NCBI RefSeq assembly: GCF_024807225.1
Contig: NZ_JANUCO010000001.1
Span: 4,049,268-4,081,267 of the forward strand
Direction of reading: 5' to 3'
DNA length: 32,000 bases
Origin: Chryseobacterium ginsenosidimutans
Lineage (GTDB): Bacteria; Bacteroidota; Bacteroidia; Flavobacteriales; Weeksellaceae
Shown here in pieces: positions 25,036 through 32,000 of the stretch; position 1 is the stretch's first letter, and each line of letters opens with the position of its first letter. The translations under genes were made by a program, and so were the position numbers. The notes beneath the pieces are model-generated. The model worked only from the letters and a program-made list of their open reading frames with translations, was not told where the DNA came from and ran no database searches.

Positions 25036-25114
25036 TGTCAGTCCTGAGCAATCCAGACGCAGTTTATTAAAATTATGCTGTGAATTACTTTGCCGAGATT
25101 CCTCCGGAATGACA
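25036..25114. repeat. Inverted pair of diverged GTCA..CTGAGC / ..GGAATGACA repeat units
   Basis: TGTCAGTCCTGAGCAATCCAGACGC (25036-25060) and GAGATTCCTCCGGAATGACA (25095-25114). The outer ends GTTTGTCA / TGACAAAC are complementary. Confidence 0.55.
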
Positions 25115-25150
25115 AACAGAGCGTTTATAATTTTGTTATTAGTGAAAACA

Positions 25151-25182
25151 TTTGCGTCAATTGTGTTTAAAAATTATCTTTG
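25151..25182 (+). promoter_or_regulatory. Candidate Bacteroidetes promoter (-33 TTTG / -7 TATCTTTG) for the S41 peptidase gene
   Basis: TTTG at 25151-25154, a 20-nt spacer, TATCTTTG at 25175-25182, and the ATG at 25204. Confidence 0.5.
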
Positions 25183-25203
25183 ATAAAATTCCAATATCCA
25201 TTA

Positions 25204-26844
25204 ATGAGAAAATTCTCACTTTTCATCTTATTACTCTTAAGCTTCAATTTTTCGGCGCAGATTTTATCTGAAACTCAAAAACTGGAATCTCTTTGTAAGG
25301 TTTGGGGATTTTTGAAATATTATCATCCGAATGTTGCCCAAGGAAAATTCAATTGGGATGAACAGCTTTTTCAGAAAATTGATGAGCTTGAAAACATTAA
25401 CGAGAAAAGCAAGTTGAACGAATTATATTCAAATTGGATCGACAGTCTTGGAAAAATTGATGAATGTAAAGAATGTTCGAAAGAAGAGAATAAAGTTTAT
25501 TTTCTGAAGAATTTTTATTTAAACTGGATGAATGATCAAAATGTTTTTTCCGAAAATGTGATTCAAAAGCTGAATTACATTCAGAATAACAGAAACTTTG
25601 GAGAAAATTATTATTTCGGGATCAACGGAAGAAAGGTTTATTTCAGAAATGAAAACTCTTATGGTTCAAAATTTATTTCAAAACAGATCAGTCTTTTCGA
25701 ATTATTCAGATATTGGAATTATGCAGAATATTTCTTTGCTTACAAATACAAAACCGATCAAAACTGGAATGATGTTTTAACAGAAATGATTCCAAAATTC
25801 CTGGAAATTAACAATGATGTAAATTATCATTTGAATTTAGCAGAATTGGTCACCAAAACTGATGATTCGCATGCTTATCTTTTGTCCTCGTTAATCAGTC
25901 TGAATCAATACGGTAGAAGAAATGTTCCGGTAGAATATTCTTATGCAGAAGGAAAACTGGTGGTTACGAAACTTAATTCCAATACATTTAATGAAGAAAA
26001 TCCTTTGAAAATCGGCGATGTGATTTATGATATTAATGGCTTAACGATTCCTCAAAAAGTAAATGCTTTCGGAAAATATATTCCCGCCTCCAATTCTTGG
26101 GGGAAAATTAAAAAAGTAAGAAAGCTGTTTTTAATGACCAATAAAGATTCCACAAGTCTTAAAATTGAAAGAAACGGACAAAATTTAGCTTTAAAAGTAA
26201 AAACGTACCTTTTAAAAGATATTATTTCTGAAAAAACAATTCAACCCGAAAGGTGGAAATTTCTGGGTGAGGAAAGAAAAATCGGCTACGTAAACATGGG
26301 ATTGATTCAGAGAAAAGATCTGGACGAAATGTTTAACAATTTAAAATCGACAGAATCCATCATTTTTGACTCCAGAAATTACCCGAAAATGACGATCTTA
26401 CCATTGAGTAAATTATTGCTTCCAGAAAATACCATTTATTACAAGTTCAATTTTCCGGAAACAAATTATCTCGGTAAATTTTACAGCCGAAAAAACAGTA
26501 TCGGAAACAGAAATACTGAATATTATAAGGGAAATGTGGTAATTTTGGTTAACGAAAATACACAAAGCCAGGCTGAAACTACGGTAATGATGTTAAAACA
26601 ACATCCTAAAGCGAAAGTGATCGGTGGTTACACTTCGGGAGCAAATGGCGATGTCATTATATTCAATATTGCTGATTTGGAGACGAGTTTCACGGGATTA
26701 GGAGCTTATTACCCGAATGGAACGGAAACCCAGAGAATCGGTATCATTCCTGATATTATTATAAAGCCAACGGTAAAAGGCATTCAGGAAGGAAAAGATG
26801 AAGTGCTGGAAAGAGCTTTACAATATATAAAAGACGGTAATTGA
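25204..26844 (+). CDS. S41-family (tail-specific / C-terminal processing type) peptidase, secreted
   Basis: 546 aa from the ATG at 25204. Signal peptide MRKFSLFILLLLSFNFSAQ. PDZ-like IGDVIYDINGLTI. Catalytic-serine region LVNENTQSQAETTVMMLK. Confidence 0.7.
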   Translation: MRKFSLFILLLLSFNFSAQILSETQKLESLCKVWGFLKYYHPNVAQGKFNWDEQLFQKIDELENINEKSKLNELYSNWIDSLGKIDECKECSKEENKVYFLKNFYLNWMNDQNVFSENVIQKLNYIQNNRNFGENYYFGINGRKVYFRNENSYGSKFISKQISLFELFRYWNYAEYFFAYKYKTDQNWNDVLTEMIPKFLEINNDVNYHLNLAELVTKTDDSHAYLLSSLISLNQYGRRNVPVEYSYAEGKLVVTKLNSNTFNEENPLKIGDVIYDINGLTIPQKVNAFGKYIPASNSWGKIKKVRKLFLMTNKDSTSLKIERNGQNLALKVKTYLLKDIISEKTIQPERWKFLGEERKIGYVNMGLIQRKDLDEMFNNLKSTESIIFDSRNYPKMTILPLSKLLLPENTIYYKFNFPETNYLGKFYSRKNSIGNRNTEYYKGNVVILVNENTQSQAETTVMMLKQHPKAKVIGGYTSGANGDVIIFNIADLETSFTGLGAYYPNGTETQRIGIIPDIIIKPTVKGIQEGKDEVLERALQYIKDGN

Positions 26845-26975
26845 ATGAAACAAAATCAATAATATTCCGTTATGTTTTCATTTAACTTATATTTAACTTA
26901 ATAGCTGCTTAATTTGGCAGTTTTTGGATAGAATTGGTCAACAATTTGATACTATAACCATGTAAAAAATAAATT

Positions 26976-28520
26976 ATGTCGGAAAAGATATTATGGATAG
27001 ATGATGAAATAGATTTACTTAAACCTCACATCGTTTTTCTTGAAAAGAAAGGTTATCAGGTAACGCCTGTTAACAACGTAAACGAGGCACTTGAACTCAT
27101 GGATTCTGAGAAGTTCGCATTAACACTTATAGATGAAAATATGCCCGGAATTTCCGGCTTGGAAGCAATTCCTATGATTAAGGAGAAAGATAATTCTCTA
27201 AAAATTGTAATGGTGACGAAAAGTGAGGAGGAACATATTATGGAGGAAGCAATCGGATCTCAGATTGCCGATTATATTTTAAAACCTGTAAACCCAAACC
27301 AAATTTTACTTTCGTTAAAGAAAAACCTTCAGGAAGATAATCTTGTTGAGCAGAAAACAATTCTGCAATATCAGCAGGAATTCAGAAATCTTTCTATGGA
27401 ACTTTCTTATTTGAGAACGTATCAGGATTGGGCAGATTATTATAAGAAAATCGTTAATTGGGAACTTAAATTTGATAAAGTAGCAGATAACGAATTTGCA
27501 GATCTTTTGCAATCTCAAAAAGAAGAAGCCAATATTCAGTTTGCGAAATTTATCGAAAACAATTACGAAGATTGGTTGAATGGAAATGAAAAACCATTAA
27601 TGAGCCATACTCTTTTCAAAGAAAAAGTAAAGCCACAGGTTGAAAAAGAGAAAGTGTTGCTTTTAATGGTCGATAATCTGCGTTATGACCAATGGAAAGT
27701 AATCGAACCATTATTCACAAAATACTACAACAAAATTTCAGAAGATTATTATTACAGTATTCTTCCGACGGCAACTCAATATGCTAGAAACTCTTTCTTT
27801 GCAGGATTATTACCTTCTGAAATTGAAAAACGTTTTCCTGATAAATGGTTTAATGATAATGAAGAAGGAAATAAAAATGAATTTGAGCGTGATTTCCTTG
27901 AAGATCAAATGAAAAGAATTGGTTTAGGCTCTAAGTCGATGAAATATCTTAAAGTCTTGAATGCTGATTTTGAAAGAAAAATCTATGACGACTTCAACCA
28001 GCATAAAAACAACGATCTTTTGGTAATTGTTTACAACTTTATTGATATTCTTTCTCACGCGAAAACGGATAATCATATCGTTGATCAATTAATTCGTGAT
28101 GATAAAACTTTCAGATCATTAACCTTAAACTGGTTTGAGAATTCATCATTATTAAAGATTATCAAGATTGCTGCAGAAAGCGGTTTCAAATTGGTTATCA
28201 CGACAGACCACGGAACGGTTTATGTTAAAAAGCCAAGTAAAGTTGTCGGTGACAGAGAAACTTCTACGAATATCCGTTATAAAACAGGGAAAAGTTTAAC
28301 CTATGACACGAGTGATGTTTGGGCAATTACGAATCCTGAAAAACTGTTTTTACCAAAAGGAAATTTAAGTTCTAAGTACATTTTTGCCAAGAACAATATC
28401 TTTTTAGCGTATCCAAAAAATTATAATCACTTTGTAAATTATTATAAAGAGACCTACCAACACGGAGGAATTTCATTAGAAGAATGTATAATTCCTTTCA
28501 GTATTTTAGAACCTAAGTAG
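26976..28520 (+). CDS. porX: Response regulator with a PglZ (alkaline-phosphatase superfamily) output domain, PorX type
   Basis: 514 aa. CheY receiver ILWIDDEIDLLKPHIVFLEKKGY ... LTLIDENMPGISG. PglZ motifs LLLMVDNLRYDQW, ITTDHGTV, YQHGGISLEE. Confidence 0.85.
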   Translation: MSEKILWIDDEIDLLKPHIVFLEKKGYQVTPVNNVNEALELMDSEKFALTLIDENMPGISGLEAIPMIKEKDNSLKIVMVTKSEEEHIMEEAIGSQIADYILKPVNPNQILLSLKKNLQEDNLVEQKTILQYQQEFRNLSMELSYLRTYQDWADYYKKIVNWELKFDKVADNEFADLLQSQKEEANIQFAKFIENNYEDWLNGNEKPLMSHTLFKEKVKPQVEKEKVLLLMVDNLRYDQWKVIEPLFTKYYNKISEDYYYSILPTATQYARNSFFAGLLPSEIEKRFPDKWFNDNEEGNKNEFERDFLEDQMKRIGLGSKSMKYLKVLNADFERKIYDDFNQHKNNDLLVIVYNFIDILSHAKTDNHIVDQLIRDDKTFRSLTLNWFENSSLLKIIKIAAESGFKLVITTDHGTVYVKKPSKVVGDRETSTNIRYKTGKSLTYDTSDVWAITNPEKLFLPKGNLSSKYIFAKNNIFLAYPKNYNHFVNYYKETYQHGGISLEECIIPFSILEPK

Positions 28521-28543
28521 TTATTTACTTTGGTAATAAGGGG

Positions 28544-28580
28544 GCGGAAAAAATCAAAGATTTTTTCCGCTTCTTTTTTA
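28544..28580 (+). terminator. Intrinsic terminator after porX
   Basis: 12-bp perfect arms GCGGAAAAAATC (28544-28555) and GATTTTTTCCGC (28559-28570), then TTCTTTTTTA. Confidence 0.8.
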
Positions 28581-28584
28581 TTAA

Positions 28585-28592
28585 TATTTTTG
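28585..28592 (+). promoter_or_regulatory. Candidate -7 box (TATTTTTG) 4 nt upstream of the xth ATG
   Basis: Matches TAnnTTTG. The spacing would imply a leaderless or near-leaderless mRNA. Confidence 0.3.
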
Positions 28593-28596
28593 AAGC

Positions 28597-29361
28597 ATGA
28601 AATTAATCACTTACAACGTAAACGGAATCAGAGCAGCTTTTACTAAAGATTTTTTAGGATGGCTGAAAACCGCTGATCCTGATATTATCTGCATTCAGGA
28701 AAGTAAAGCAGGAAACGACCAGATAGACATCGAAAGCCTTGAAAAACTGGGATATCACAGTTATTGGCATTCAGCGGTAAAAAAAGGCTACAGCGGCGTT
28801 GGTATTGCTTCGAAAATTAAACCCAATCATGTAGAATATGGTTGCGGTATCGAAAGCTACGATAATGAAGGGAGAATCATTCGTGCAGATTTTGACGGAT
28901 TTTCTGCCATCTCGGTCTATGTACCTTCTGCTTCCAACATTGACAGGTTAGAATTTAAAATGCAGTTCTGTCACGATTTTTTAAATTATATTAAAAACTT
29001 AAAGAAAGAAATTCCTAATCTTATTATTTCCGGGGATTTTAATATTTGTCATGAAGCTATCGATATTCACAATCCGGTTGGTTTAAAGAATGTTTCCGGC
29101 TTTTTACCCATGGAAAGAGAATGGATGACCAATTTCATTAATGAATGCGAACTGATCGACAGTTTCAGGCTTTTCAATAATGAACCCGACAATTATACTT
29201 GGTGGAGCTACAGACAGAATTCGAGAGCTAATAACAAAGGCTGGAGATTGGATTATAATTTCGCTTCTTATTCCTTAAAAGATAAGCTCACAAGAGCCGT
29301 TATTTTAAAAGAAGCTGTGCATTCCGATCATTGTCCTGCTTTGGTAGAATTAAGCCTTTAG
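28597..29361 (+). CDS. xth: Exodeoxyribonuclease III
   Basis: 254 aa. MKLITYNVNGIRA N-terminus, ICIQESK, SGDFNICH and SDHCP motifs of the ExoIII/EEP family. Confidence 0.9.
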   Translation: MKLITYNVNGIRAAFTKDFLGWLKTADPDIICIQESKAGNDQIDIESLEKLGYHSYWHSAVKKGYSGVGIASKIKPNHVEYGCGIESYDNEGRIIRADFDGFSAISVYVPSASNIDRLEFKMQFCHDFLNYIKNLKKEIPNLIISGDFNICHEAIDIHNPVGLKNVSGFLPMEREWMTNFINECELIDSFRLFNNEPDNYTWWSYRQNSRANNKGWRLDYNFASYSLKDKLTRAVILKEAVHSDHCPALVELSL

Positions 29362-29371
29362 CACAAAAAAG

Positions 29372-29405
29372 AAAATCCAACTGAATCAGTTGGATTTTTC
29401 TTTTA
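29372..29405. terminator. Bidirectional intrinsic terminator between xth and the rlpA-like gene
   Basis: AAAATCCAACT (29372-29382) pairs with AGTTGGATTTT (29388-29398), with an A-run before and a T-run after. Confidence 0.8.
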
Positions 29406-29420
29406 ATTTAAATCATAAAT

Positions 29421-29801
29421 TTAATCGACAATTTCATATTCCACCGGAATCGTACCTCTATCGGTATCTCCGATTTCACTGAACGCTGCTTTAGACATGT
29501 CTAAAGATCTTGATGAATGGTAAGGTCCTCTATCATTTACTCTCACTATTACCTCTTTCCCATTATTCAGATTGGTAACTCTAATATTTGTACCAAAAGG
29601 AAGCGTTCTGTTTGCTGCGGTGAACTTTGCATTATCAAAGATCTCTCCGCTTGCAGTTTTTCTACCGTTAAACTTTTCGTGGTAGTACGATGCATAACTT
29701 GTTTTTTTCGCATCCATGGCATTATTCTTGAAAGAATAAATACCAAAGCTTGAAATCATCATTATGATTACGAGAATGAATCTTTTCATCATTTTGAACA
29801 T
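29421..29801 (-). CDS. RlpA-like double-psi beta-barrel (septal ring lytic transglycosylase family) protein
   Basis: 126 aa. Signal or anchor helix, then ASYYHEKFNGRKTASGEIF ... LPFGTNIRVTNLNNGKEVIVRVNDRGPY. The start could also be Met4 or Met5. Confidence 0.8.
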   Translation of the reverse strand: MFKMMKRFILVIIMMISSFGIYSFKNNAMDAKKTSYASYYHEKFNGRKTASGEIFDNAKFTAANRTLPFGTNIRVTNLNNGKEVIVRVNDRGPYHSSRSLDMSKAAFSEIGDTDRGTIPVEYEIVD

Positions 29802-29820
29802 TTTATTGGTTTTGACTCAG

Positions 29821-29828
29821 CAAATGTA
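29821..29828 (-). promoter_or_regulatory. Candidate -7 box (TACATTTG) for the rlpA-like gene
   Basis: Plus-strand CAAATGTA, 19 nt upstream of the ATG at 29801. Confidence 0.4.
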
Positions 29829-29856
29829 TCATGAATCTTTTAAAGAGCCTATTCTA

Positions 29857-29985
29857 TTTGTTAACAAGTGTTAACTAAAACCAAAAATTATCTTAATATA
29901 TATTATAACTCCCTATCAATAGGGGTTTTAAGAGGTATTGTTAAAGAGTGTTAAAAAAACAACTCAAACGTTAACAATTTTAACA
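29857..29985. promoter_or_regulatory. Helically phased (T/C)GTTAA(C/A) repeat array
   Basis: TGTTAAC at 29859 and 29869, TGTTAAA at 29939 and 29949, CGTTAAC at 29969, TTAAC at 29980. Two 19-nt units TTGTTAAnAnGTGTTAAn lie 80 bp apart. Confidence 0.45.
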
Positions 29986-30135
29986 AAAATCAAGATATTT
30001 AGATACTTTTAACATATAATTTGGTTTGATAATCAATTAGTTAAATAAATTTATGATTTTAAAATTTAACGCTGCTAATATCATTAAAAAACAATCTGAG
30101 ATCTTACAGAAGTAAAATTAAAAAAGTACTAAAAT

Positions 30136-30166
30136 AAAAAAAACCAATGAGAAATTCTCATTGGTT
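30136..30166 (-). terminator. Strong intrinsic terminator after the two-gene surface-protein unit
   Basis: 11-bp perfect arms AACCAATGAGA (30142-30152) and TCTCATTGGTT (30156-30166). On the minus strand they are followed by a T8 run. Confidence 0.85.
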
Positions 30167-30194
30167 TTATATATTATAAAAGATTAATCCTTTA

Positions 30195-30914
30195 TTATTT
30201 TAAATATTCCAATACATAGTCATAAGTACCACTCGGGTATACTACAGACATACTAGGAGAACCTGTGATAGCATTTCCAGCACCAGTTCCTAAAGTGTAA
30301 GAATATAAACTCTTATCAAAAACTACACCAGTACCCGCTTTATAAATAGTAACTGAATATAAAGAAGTCATACCTGTTGGTGAAGGAATATCAACTGCTG
30401 TTGAAGTTCCACTTGCAGTGAAAGTTCCTTTAATTGCATAAACTGCAGCAGTACCAATTTGTGTATTAGTAATGGTTTCAGTTGTACCAATTATAGTTTT
30501 ACTCGTAGCATTTAATGGTTTCCATGTACCTGTAGCAGTTGCAAATCCATTTCCAAGTCCTCCCGTTGGATTAGAGAAATAATAATATCCTGGCGCAACA
30601 GCCGTAGTGACACCAGAAACACTGTTACCAGTACCCATATTGTAAACAATCATCCCATCATACGCTGTAGGGAAATTATCTTCATCTGTAACAGGAGTGG
30701 CGAAAGTAAATGTAGTTAAATTTGTTCTAGGAAAGACTAATCCTTTACCATCGTTAGTACTATCATTAAAACCACCTTGAATACCAGATGCATCTAAGAA
30801 AGCACTTTGAGATTGGATATTACCACTAGCAAAACCATTACTTCTTAATTGTGCGTTTGTATATTGAAACATTGCCAAACCTGAGGCAAGAGTTAGTATA
30901 AACTTTTTATTCAT
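30195..30914 (-). CDS. Secreted Thr/Gly/Ala-rich hypothetical protein (paralogous N-module with the upstream gene)
   Basis: 239 aa. Signal peptide MNKKFILTLASGLAMFQYTNAQ. Motifs GLVFPRTNLT, DGMIVYN, PGYYYFSN...GTW. Confidence 0.65.
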   Translation of the reverse strand: MNKKFILTLASGLAMFQYTNAQLRSNGFASGNIQSQSAFLDASGIQGGFNDSTNDGKGLVFPRTNLTTFTFATPVTDEDNFPTAYDGMIVYNMGTGNSVSGVTTAVAPGYYYFSNPTGGLGNGFATATGTWKPLNATSKTIIGTTETITNTQIGTAAVYAIKGTFTASGTSTAVDIPSPTGMTSLYSVTIYKAGTGVVFDKSLYSYTLGTGAGNAITGSPSMSVVYPSGTYDYVLEYLK

Positions 30915-30948
30915 GACTAAATGTGTGTATTAAGTTAATATTAAAAAA

Positions 30949-31581
30949 TTATTGTGCAGAATATGATTGCCAAGCAGTACCATCATATACAAAAGCAACA
31001 CCTCTACCATTAACTGCTAATGAGTTTGATGAAGTTGCACTCACACCAGATATCGTAAGGGTACCGCCTCCAACTTTCACAAGTGTAACAGTTTTACCTT
31101 TACTTGCAGCAGTCACAGGAATTGTTGATAAATCTGCATTTGTAGTAATAAAAACATACCCATTTAAATCACCTGCTGCTAAATCAGCACCAGAAGCAGA
31201 AGTTCTAACACTTACAGGAGTAGCAGTAACAGTTCCACCACCAAATGCAATCCAAGTATTAGTAGTAGTTCCATCATAATAATAGAAACCAACTGCTGTT
31301 ACATTAATTGCTTTTCCTGTTGCTGCACCATCTGCAATTGAGGAAACAAATGTAAGTGCACCGTTTTGTGCGGCAGTATATACAGCATCTTTTGCCTGTA
31401 ATTGGCCTCTTGTGATACGAGGGACTAGTAATGCGTCTGGTCTTGTTGCATCTGCAGGTGTACCGACAACATCTAAAGTAGCAGCTGGAGTGGTTGTGTT
31501 AATACCCACACGCCCTTGCTGTGCCTGAGCAATTGCTACGAATCCGACTAACATAGTCGTTGTTAATAAAAATTTTTTCAT
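30949..31581 (-). CDS. Secreted Thr/Gly/Ala-rich hypothetical protein
   Basis: 210 aa. Signal peptide MKKFLLTTTMLVGFVAIAQA. Motifs VGINTTTPAATLDVVG, LLVPRITRGQL, VGFYYYDG...TW. Confidence 0.65.
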   Translation of the reverse strand: MKKFLLTTTMLVGFVAIAQAQQGRVGINTTTPAATLDVVGTPADATRPDALLVPRITRGQLQAKDAVYTAAQNGALTFVSSIADGAATGKAINVTAVGFYYYDGTTTNTWIAFGGGTVTATPVSVRTSASGADLAAGDLNGYVFITTNADLSTIPVTAASKGKTVTLVKVGGGTLTISGVSATSSNSLAVNGRGVAFVYDGTAWQSYSAQ

Positions 31582-32000
31582 AAGTTTTTAAAGATTTTAA
31601 ATTACATTTTCATCAATGATAATTATATTCAAATGGGAAACTTACCCCAATTGTGCCTTTCAATAAATAAAAAATAAAATATTTTATGATACAATTTCAA
31701 AAAACATTTAAATTTTACTTGATTCTATAAATATCTAAGCTTTAAATGAATAGAAGTATAAAAACTATTCATACCGGCAAAGTTAATATTTATTATCTAA
31801 TTTACACAATATTAAATAAAAAAGTTTCGTTATTTTAATTTCAAAAAAACAAAAACACCTGTAAATCAAGTAATTAAAACAAATTGTATTATTAATTAAT
31901 TAATGTTAATATTCATCAACTCACAAATAATTTTATTTTAATGAGAATTATCTCCAAATTATTTAATAAAATGTAAACTATTTGAGAATAATTTTAAATT
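31582..32000. other. Very AT-rich non-coding region of at least 419 bp upstream of the surface-protein unit (runs off the window)
   Basis: The track lists no ORF of 60 aa or more here. Extreme A/T content. No exact TAnnTTTG box was found by eye. Confidence 0.5.

Noticed and set aside
30923-31279. 118-aa plus-strand ORF
   Set aside because: It is antisense to the 210-aa secreted protein. The Thr/Ala/Gly-rich coding strand leaves the opposite frame open. The ORF has no start context and no motifs.
30949-31581. Phage tail-fibre or prophage remnant interpretation of the VGINTTTPAATLDV-type protein
   Set aside because: There are no phage structural, integrase or lysis genes nearby. The protein has a Sec signal peptide and a chromosomal-looking operon with its own terminator.
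31715-31873. Invertible-promoter style inverted repeat (TTACTTGATT / AATCAAGTAA) upstream of the surface-protein unit
   Set aside because: The match is only 10 bp in about 400 bp of extremely AT-rich DNA, which is expected by chance at appreciable frequency. No recombinase gene is present in the window.

Overview
AT-rich chromosomal segment that looks like a Flavobacteriales genome, probably Chryseobacterium-like. The signs are a fused lpxC/fabZ, a PorX-type T9SS regulator, a T9SS C-terminal sorting domain, TAnnTTTG -7 boxes and short dispersed intergenic repeats. I call 29 protein-coding loci, nearly all housekeeping. In order: speA-like decarboxylase, lipoprotein tyrosine phosphatase, thiamine diphosphokinase, TPR protein, PduO-type corrinoid adenosyltransferase, ICMT-family membrane methyltransferase coupled to cmoA, DinB-family protein, YafY/WYL regulator, MsbA-like ABC exporter (frameshifted), lptB with a 116-aa C-terminal extension, an orphan 242-aa hypothetical, hemB, a small T9SS-CTD protein, a NatAB-like ABC pair, an OM beta-barrel, sucD (frameshifted), a second lpxD paralog. 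Then the HD - lpxD - lpxC/fabZ - lpxA - orf110 - efp cluster, an S41 peptidase, porX, xth, an RlpA-like protein and two paralogous secreted Thr/Gly/Ala-rich proteins. I recognised no rRNA, tRNA, CRISPR array, integrase, transposase or phage structural gene, so there is no classical island or named defence system here. Most worth a second look: (1) the orphan beta-rich 242-aa ORF in a repeat-flanked slot between lptB and hemB, whose strand pattern resembles a gasdermin-type pore-forming domain; (2) cmoA translationally coupled to a membrane ICMT-family transferase rather than cmoB; (3) the non-ABC extension fused to LptB; (4) two 1-nt frameshifts in conserved genes at the same hexamer; (5) the two paralogous surface-protein candidates and the phased TGTTAA repeats next to them. 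All functional calls rest on motif recognition by eye and recall of protein families. No search or alignment was run.
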